A stretch of DNA of 59,695 nucleotides from assembly GCA_018260615.1 (NCBI GenBank), contig JAGWDQ010000070.1:1-59695 (forward strand), in the 5' to 3' direction. The position numbers were made by a program, and so were the translations under genes. The notes under the pieces were generated by a model. The model had not been told where the DNA came from. It saw nothing but the letters and a program-made list of their open reading frames with translations, and ran no database searches. Below are positions 53,286 through 59,695 of this stretch, one piece after another. The stretch's first letter is position 1, and each line of letters opens with the position of its first letter. This DNA is from Candidatus Altarchaeum sp. (GTDB lineage Archaea > Altiarchaeota > Altiarchaeia > Altiarchaeales > Altiarchaeaceae).

Positions 53286-54643
53286 ATGAATACAAAAGTT
53301 AACAGGCAGCGACTTGAAGAAATATTAGCAATACAAAATCACTGGTGGCTAACGAATAAAGTAAAAAAAGAAAAAACAGGTGATTTTGAGCGATTTATCC
53401 TGCCGGAAATTTACAGAAAAACCAGCGGAGAGAAAATAGTATCTATAATTGGTCCGAGAAGAACCGGAAAAACGATATTGTTACATCAGTTGATTCAGAA
53501 ACTTCTTGACAACGGCGTTGATGGAAAACATATATGTTATCTGTCCTGCGACAATCCGAATATATTGGGTGACAATCTGCTTGACGAGATTATGGATATA
53601 TCTTCAAATTTAACAGGCAGGCCCATAGAGGACCTGGAAACACCTCTTTTTGTTTTTCTTGATGAAATTCATAAACTTGACACATGGGGCGAGCAGGTAA
53701 AACACTGGCATGATCTCGGACTGAAAATAAAATTTGTCGTATCCGGCTCATCTGCATTAAGAATACTTAAAGGGTCGGGGGAATCATTACTCGGACGGAT
53801 TGACCACACAATACTTTTGCAGTTAAGTTTCAGAGAGTTTTTAAGTGTTAAGTACGGATTAACGATTAAGCCCTCTGGATTTGAGACCAATGAGATAAAG
53901 AAAAATTATTACAATCTGATAACATCCAGGCATAAAATACAGCTCGCATTTAAAGAATATCTGCATAAAGGGGGTTACCCTGCAACCATTACAAAAAATA
54001 TAGATGAGACCTTTCAGATGCTTCTTGAATATAAAGACCTTTCAGTTCACAGAGACATATTTGAAATAGAGGAAATAAGGGACACAAAAACACTGAATGA
54101 ACTGGTCTATTTGCTTGCGAGTTTGATTGGAAGTCGCGTTAGCTATAACAAAATAGGAGGACTTATTTTATCACGAGTCAACACTATAAAAAAATATATA
54201 TCGCTTATTGAAGACATATATCTTATAAAGGAGTCGGTTGTGTATGATAAACCATACTCTTCCCTCAAACAACAGCGGAAAATATTTTTTACAGATACTG
54301 GAATAGTCAATGCTTTAAATAGAAATTATGATTTAAAAAACATTCCTGAACTGGTAGAAAATGCCGTAGTATCACTTGTTTATAGAAAAATTTTGGAATC
54401 AGAAATAAACCCGACACAGTATTACTGGACAGAAACAGAGGAGGTAGATGTTATTATGTGTATCAGGGATGAGATAATTCCAATAGAAGTAAAGTACCGC
54501 GAAACACCATCCGATATTAAAGGACTATATAAATTTATGGAAAAATTTTCTGTAAAAAAGGAATTGTTGTAACTAAGGATTTATTTAAGGAGGATGGCAA
54601 TATAACCTACATTCCTGCATGGCTGTTTATGTTATGCGTGTGA
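53286..54643 (+). CDS. AAA+ ATPase with DUF4143-like C-terminus (COG1373-type); C-terminus needs a frameshift in an A6 run
   Basis: Walker A is GPRRTGKT and Walker B is VFLDEIH; also PIEVKYRE. The track ORF stops at 54572. Shifting frame at A6 (54554-54559) restores ..KKGIVVTKD....YIPAWLFMLCV*, collinear with the paralog at 35907..36566. Confidence 0.75.
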
Positions 54644-55080
54644 ATTATCTGCCAGTGAATTGGTTCAAATATTGCAGGAATTGAATGCAATGCCGAATGT
54701 ATTGAATTAATAGTTATGTGCCATATGAAAGTAGGCCATTTTTCTCTATGCCTCTAAAAATATATGCTTCAAAATTAAATAACTTATGGGAGACAAATGA
54801 AGTAGGTAACTTCGAGTGTTCCATATTATCAAATAGCCAAGAAATAATAGTATCTGATGCACTTGATTTTACTTATTATATCTTTCCTAAAACTAAGGAA
54901 AAGGTAAATTTTATTTACTAAATTAGTGGCATACATTTATTTGGCACTCAACCATAGATCACATAATATTCTATAAACTTCAGTAATTTGATTCAAATTA
55001 ATTTATATGGAAAATTTCCCTTTTTGGAATCTGATTGCCACAAGACCTATATTTAAACTCAAAACACCAAGTAAGTCCTA

Positions 55081-55899
55081 TTATGCAGTTCTTCTGTCAA
55101 CTGCTCTTCTTACACCCGTCCACATTCTCCATCTCGCAACTTCATGCCACAACATTGTATATGGGAAAATCGCTATAAATGTCAAAGCAAAAAATGTGTG
55201 TATATAAAATGCAGTTTCCGGATCTAATATTCCTATAAATTGTAAAAACATTGGTACTACAATTCCCAATACCATCAGCCCGATTATCTTTCTTTTATAC
55301 CCGCCTCTTGCTGATCTTGGCAATCCGTCTGTCTTTATGTTTAACATCTTCGTTGGCATGTCAATCGAAGAGAGCATTCCCCTCTTTTTCATAGCACCCA
55401 ATGTTATTGTTGTCAACTCGGCAAATATAGCTAACACTACTGCCACCATTAACATGTAAGTTAATGCCTGTGTAAACACACTGCTTCCAAGTAAGAAGTA
55501 TCCACTTCCACTTATTGCGAACCAGTCAAACACATAATGCAATATTTCTCCAGGTGCCATCATAAAAATTTTTCCCGTAATCAGCAAAGTTATTACTGAC
55601 AGAGTATATCCTAAAATTGCCGTTCCAATTGCAACATGATATAAAAGATGTGCCATGAATGTTGCCGGGTTTGCTTTTGCCCAAAATCTCATAAATGTAT
55701 CATAATTTACTCTTTTAAATGCATCCCAATAAGACATTCTTTTTACCGGATAAAATGTGGTATTTCTATGATACATTTCTCTTTTCATTGTTGCCCTGTG
55801 CCAGATTGTTTTTAAAATATTATATCCTGCCCCTGCTGCAAACAACAAAATTGCCAATACTGCATATCCTACTAATAAATCTATTCCTATTCCTTCCAT
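55081..55899 (-). CDS. Polytopic membrane subunit (NarI/DsrM/HdrE-like, His-rich helices)
   Basis: About 6 TM helices with conserved-looking His residues (HLLYHVAIG, FYIHTFF, MLWHE). It lies immediately downstream of the HdrD-like gene. Confidence 0.5.
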   Translation of the reverse strand: MEGIGIDLLVGYAVLAILLFAAGAGYNILKTIWHRATMKREMYHRNTTFYPVKRMSYWDAFKRVNYDTFMRFWAKANPATFMAHLLYHVAIGTAILGYTLSVITLLITGKIFMMAPGEILHYVFDWFAISGSGYFLLGSSVFTQALTYMLMVAVVLAIFAELTTITLGAMKKRGMLSSIDMPTKMLNIKTDGLPRSARGGYKRKIIGLMVLGIVVPMFLQFIGILDPETAFYIHTFFALTFIAIFPYTMLWHEVARWRMWTGVRRAVDRRTA

Positions 55900-55977
55900 T
55901 TTATTTTTGTTTATTTTTGTTTATTGTTTTGTATTTTTTATTTTAATTTTCGTAAATTTTGACTTAATTTTAAATTT

Positions 55978-57357
55978 TTATTTTTTTATATATCTGAATT
56001 GTTCTGGTATTTTGTCATAATAAGCAGGCAATTTAACTAAATCTTCTTTTCCCTGCTTTTTCAATGCATCCATCATTGCCTCATAAATTTTGTCAACCAG
56101 CATTTCTGCCTTTGTTTTTAGACCATATGTCTTTACGGTATCTTTTAAAGACAGATAACATGTTGCGCACGGTGTCAGAACATAATCTGCATTTGTCGCC
56201 TCAATCTGCTTTGCCTTAAATTTTGAGACATTTTGCCTTAAATTTTTTTCACCTTCCTTTGAAGGATACATCCTTAAAGGTCCTGCTCCTGCATTACAGC
56301 AATAATTATATTCTCTGTTTGGCGTCATTTCTATAAAATTTTTCTCATCAATGATTTGTTTTAACAATTCTCTCGGTTCTTCAATATATCCCGTCAGTCG
56401 CGTTGTCCAGCAAGGGTCATGATAAGTTGCTTTAATGTTTAACTTTTCAACAGGAATCTTCCCGCTTTTTATCCAGTCGTAAAATAAATGGTCAACATAA
56501 TCCATCGGGTATTTCATATTTCTTCCGAGAATCTGTGCAGAATCAACCAAAAACATTCTGATATCACAGGCACATTCCGGAACCAATATTGCCCTGACCC
56601 TCAATCTTTCCGCCTCTGCCTCTATTCTTTCCAAATATTGTTTTTGCAGTTCCGGGTTGCATACAACAGCCATTGCCTCTGTCCCTGTATCTACTATCTT
56701 TGAGCTTATTGTATATTTAAATCCCGCAAGATGTGTTGCAGCATTGAAAGTACCGATAATTGTGTGCGCGGCTTCAGGAGCAATTTTTGTATTTCCTATC
56801 GCAGAACATAAAAACAGGTAATCCGCCCCTTCAACATCTATCGGAACCTGTATTCCGTGCGGAATTAAATTTTTTTCTAATACATTTCCAAAGACCTGAT
56901 CTCTCGTTAATCCGAAGGAATGCTGATGAGTTCTGCAATTTGTTCTTATCTGGTGCACTATCTCTGGCAAAATGTTTGCGGCATCATAACAGGTTCTTCC
57001 AATTTTTGTTAGTCGCCTGTTGCTCACTCCCTGCATACACGCCAATGAACATCTTCCACAGGTTGTGCAGCTCCAGAAAGCATCCCTCATTTCTTCCAAA
57101 TCTTTTACGGTCGGCTTTTTCATCAATCCCATCGACGCTTTTAGTTTTCCCACCGGATCTATGTATGCATTATAGACCTTTCTTATTAAGTCCGACTTTG
57201 TTTTTGGGATATATTTTGGGTCATTTGTTGCCAAATACCATGCACATGCGTGTCCGCAGTTTCCGCAACCAATACATCCTTCTATGTGTGTATCAATATC
57301 TTCTGCTGTTAATTCTTTTTCCAATGCTTCAACAAATTTTTGCATCTGTGGTTCCAT
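55978..57357 (-). CDS. HdrD/DsrK-like Fe-S oxidoreductase (two 4Fe-4S motifs plus CCG domains)
   Basis: Contains CIGCGNCGHAC and CTTCGRCSLAC, followed by CCG-type Cys clusters (..YCCNAGAG.., ..PCATCY..). Confidence 0.7.
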   Translation of the reverse strand: MEPQMQKFVEALEKELTAEDIDTHIEGCIGCGNCGHACAWYLATNDPKYIPKTKSDLIRKVYNAYIDPVGKLKASMGLMKKPTVKDLEEMRDAFWSCTTCGRCSLACMQGVSNRRLTKIGRTCYDAANILPEIVHQIRTNCRTHQHSFGLTRDQVFGNVLEKNLIPHGIQVPIDVEGADYLFLCSAIGNTKIAPEAAHTIIGTFNAATHLAGFKYTISSKIVDTGTEAMAVVCNPELQKQYLERIEAEAERLRVRAILVPECACDIRMFLVDSAQILGRNMKYPMDYVDHLFYDWIKSGKIPVEKLNIKATYHDPCWTTRLTGYIEEPRELLKQIIDEKNFIEMTPNREYNYCCNAGAGPLRMYPSKEGEKNLRQNVSKFKAKQIEATNADYVLTPCATCYLSLKDTVKTYGLKTKAEMLVDKIYEAMMDALKKQGKEDLVKLPAYYDKIPEQFRYIKK

Positions 57358-57608
57358 TTTAAATTTTTGATTGCTTATTTAAATTTTATTTGTTTATTTA
57401 AATTTGTTTAATATTGTGAATTATTTTTGAACATATTTAATTATGAACTTATATAAATAAATAAATAAATAATAAAAATAAATAATAATTTTATTTTTAA
57501 TATTATAAATTATGAATATTATAAATTATGAACTTCTATAAAAATAAATAATAATTTTATTTTGATTATTTGAAATTTCTTCAACATTAAATACGCCAAA
57601 TTTTATTT

Positions 57609-57715
57609 TCACCTCACTTTTGCTATGAGATTTTAAAATCTTCACCTCGCTGTCGCAAAAATCTACAAGATTTTTGGGATATTCAAAAATGCCTGAAGCA
57701 TTTTTGATATTGCTC
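57609..57715. repeat. Hairpin-module repeat block
   Basis: CACCTCGCTGTCGCAAAAATCTACAAGATTTTTGGGATATTCAAAAATGCCTGAAGCATTTTTGAT is shared with 50586-50640. Confidence 0.65.
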
Positions 57716-58018
57716 GGCAGGCTGTAAGAGAATTACCAAAAATGAGCATTTGTTACTATTGTGATGCGGGGACAAAACAAAATTTTCACAAATTTAAAGG
57801 TAAATTTTATAGTTATGTATCATAATGATATATTTCAGACCTAAAAAATTGAGTTTTCTTACAACCTGTCGAATTTTTAAATGCAATTGAGTTATTTAAA
57901 AATATTTGAAGACGAATTGAATAAAGTTAAATTAAAGATTTCAATGTAAACCTAAATAATAATCCGAATAATATTAAGATTATTGCTATGATAGCAGATC
58001 TAATATCACTATGATGAG

Positions 58019-59392
58019 ATGAATACAGAAAATTTAATCGGTTTAATCAAAAAAGGAGAATCACAGACACTTGAATTCAAAAAGAGTTTCGCCGAGACGG
58101 ATGAAATTCTGGAAACGATTTGCGCGTTTGCGAATACAAACGACGGAACAATTTTAGTTGGTGTTTTAGATGAAGGAAATTGTATTGGTGTAGAAATTGG
58201 CAAAGATACGATGGAGAAAATTTCGCAGAGGATAAGAGAAGGATTTGACCCTGTTGTTTTTCCCTTAATAAATGTTGCAGAAATCAATGGTAAAAAGATA
58301 GTCGTTATAGAAGTTGCCGAGGCACAGGAGAAACCGGTTTTATTAAGACATGTTGCATACAAACGGGTTGGAAAAACAAGTCCGAAGATTTCGGCAAGCG
58401 AGGTAAGGAAGATAGCAAAGGAATCCGGGGGGAAGGTTTACTGGGACGAAATGGCATGTAAAGAGGCAACATTGAAAGATATTGACGGGGAAAAAGTAAA
58501 GTGGTTTTTAAATGAAGCAAAAGTTCAAAGAGGATTAGATATTCCGGAAAACGCGGCATTTGCCGAAGCGCTGATGAGATTAAAATTACTCAAGAACAAC
58601 AAACCAACCAATGCAGCAGTGTTATTATTTGGCAAAGAACCCGACCGATTTTTTACAAGGCCCGAAGTAAAATGCATTAGATTCAAGGGTACCGATGTTA
58701 CTGATGAAATGATTGACTTCAAAGTTGTAAGAGGTAACTTGTTTGACCAACTGGTTGAAACCGAACGGTTTATCTATAACAATATTACAATGGCAGCGTG
58801 GATTGAGGACTGGAAACTTCAGAGACAAGAAAAATGGGAATATCCTCCAAAGGCGATAAGAGAAGTAATCGCAAATGCATTATGTCATAGAATATACGAA
58901 ACCAGCTCAAGCGTTCAGGTGAGGATATTTGATGATCGCATGGAATTCTGGAATCCCGGAATATTGCCTAAAGATTGGACAGTTGAAACACTCAAGCAAA
59001 AACACGAATCTGAGCCATTTAACCCCCTTTTGCTAAAACAGTTCTTCTGGATCAAGTATGTTGAAGATGTTGGAACCGGAACAAATAAACTGCTTACCTG
59101 GTGTAAAACATGGGGACTTCCGGCACCTTTATTTGAACTTATTGCCGGGGATATGGTCGTGACTTTTAGGAAATACAAAATTACAGACGATATGTTAAAA
59201 GAATTAAATGAAAGACAAAATAAAGGTATTGAATATTTGAAGAAGTATAAAAAAATTACAAATAAGGAATATCGGCGTTTGAATCCTGACATTAGTGATA
59301 GAACCGCATTAAATGATCTTAACGAGTTAATAAAGAAAAACATTATCTTGGCAAACGGCAAAAAGAAAGATAGATATTATACACTTATGTAA
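58019..59392 (+). CDS. AlbA_2 (Schlafen-like) plus HATPase_c_4 plus C-terminal wHTH putative regulator
   Basis: Contains ESQTLEFKKSF....ICAFANTNDGTILVGV (AlbA_2). The central segment reads REVIANALCHR. The C-terminus has an HTH. Confidence 0.6.
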   Translation: MNTENLIGLIKKGESQTLEFKKSFAETDEILETICAFANTNDGTILVGVLDEGNCIGVEIGKDTMEKISQRIREGFDPVVFPLINVAEINGKKIVVIEVAEAQEKPVLLRHVAYKRVGKTSPKISASEVRKIAKESGGKVYWDEMACKEATLKDIDGEKVKWFLNEAKVQRGLDIPENAAFAEALMRLKLLKNNKPTNAAVLLFGKEPDRFFTRPEVKCIRFKGTDVTDEMIDFKVVRGNLFDQLVETERFIYNNITMAAWIEDWKLQRQEKWEYPPKAIREVIANALCHRIYETSSSVQVRIFDDRMEFWNPGILPKDWTVETLKQKHESEPFNPLLLKQFFWIKYVEDVGTGTNKLLTWCKTWGLPAPLFELIAGDMVVTFRKYKITDDMLKELNERQNKGIEYLKKYKKITNKEYRRLNPDISDRTALNDLNELIKKNIILANGKKKDRYYTLM

Positions 59393-59427
59393 TTTCGGAT
59401 AAATTTCGGATAAATTTCGGATAAATT
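59391..59427. repeat. 11-nt tandem repeat AATTTCGGATA, 3 units
   Basis: TAATTTCGGATAAATTTCGGATAAATTTCGGATAAATT lies directly after the stop of 58019..59392. Confidence 0.8.
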
Positions 59428-59695
59428 ATATGCATCTACAGAATATGAAAGAAATGGATTTGATTACACGAAATGGGTTGGTAGAACAATAAAATACATG
59501 GAAAAGGTAACAAAAATGCTTGATTTTACAATTAAAAAATATAGGAAAGTTTGCAGTGCAATAAAAGAAAATTGTGGGGCATTAATGGTTGAGTAGCAAA
59601 TAGAAGTAGGCCATTAATTTAATTAAAATTTTAATTAATTTAATGGTTTATAATGGAAAAACTGTTGCTAATTAATAAGAGAATAAAGGCACGAG

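Overview
Low-GC archaeal chromosomal segment. The archaeal call rests on Kae1, ribosomal protein L40e, Taw3, ThyX, the acetyl-CoA decarbonylase/synthase beta subunit CdhC, HdrD-like genes and an intron-less tRNA-Leu. Housekeeping genes (kae1, pgk, purL, purN, thyX, nadK, iscS/iscU, cdhC, taw3) alternate with accessory islands. No rRNA, CRISPR array or integrase/recombinase gene was seen.

Main observations:
1. Four ~80-nt attC-like imperfect palindromes lie just after stop codons of same-strand accessory genes. Three of them are in a 9-kb island between the convergent cdhC and purL genes. This may be an integron-like cassette array without an integrase in the window.
2. Nearly every accessory insertion is flanked by 31-105 bp direct copies of a neighbouring gene terminus: kae1 3' end (3 copies), cdhC and purL 3' ends, iscS 3' end with nifU 5' end, a larE-internal 31-mer, and the tRNA-Leu 5' half (2 copies).
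3. A Vps4-like AAA ATPase and an ESCRT-III/PspA-like gene sit inside the kae1 hotspot.
4. A papain-like (C39-like) peptidase, a 2-TM protein and a B12-binding radical SAM enzyme form one cluster.
5. A TIGR04255-like gene, an unknown gene and a PIN gene form a translationally coupled trio.
6. Three tandem ~50-aa zinc-ribbon genes, missed by the ORF track, lie next to a TnpB-only IS.
7. There are several MITE families and dense blocks of short A/T-rich palindromes.

All functional calls come from motifs read by eye in the translations. No searches were run.
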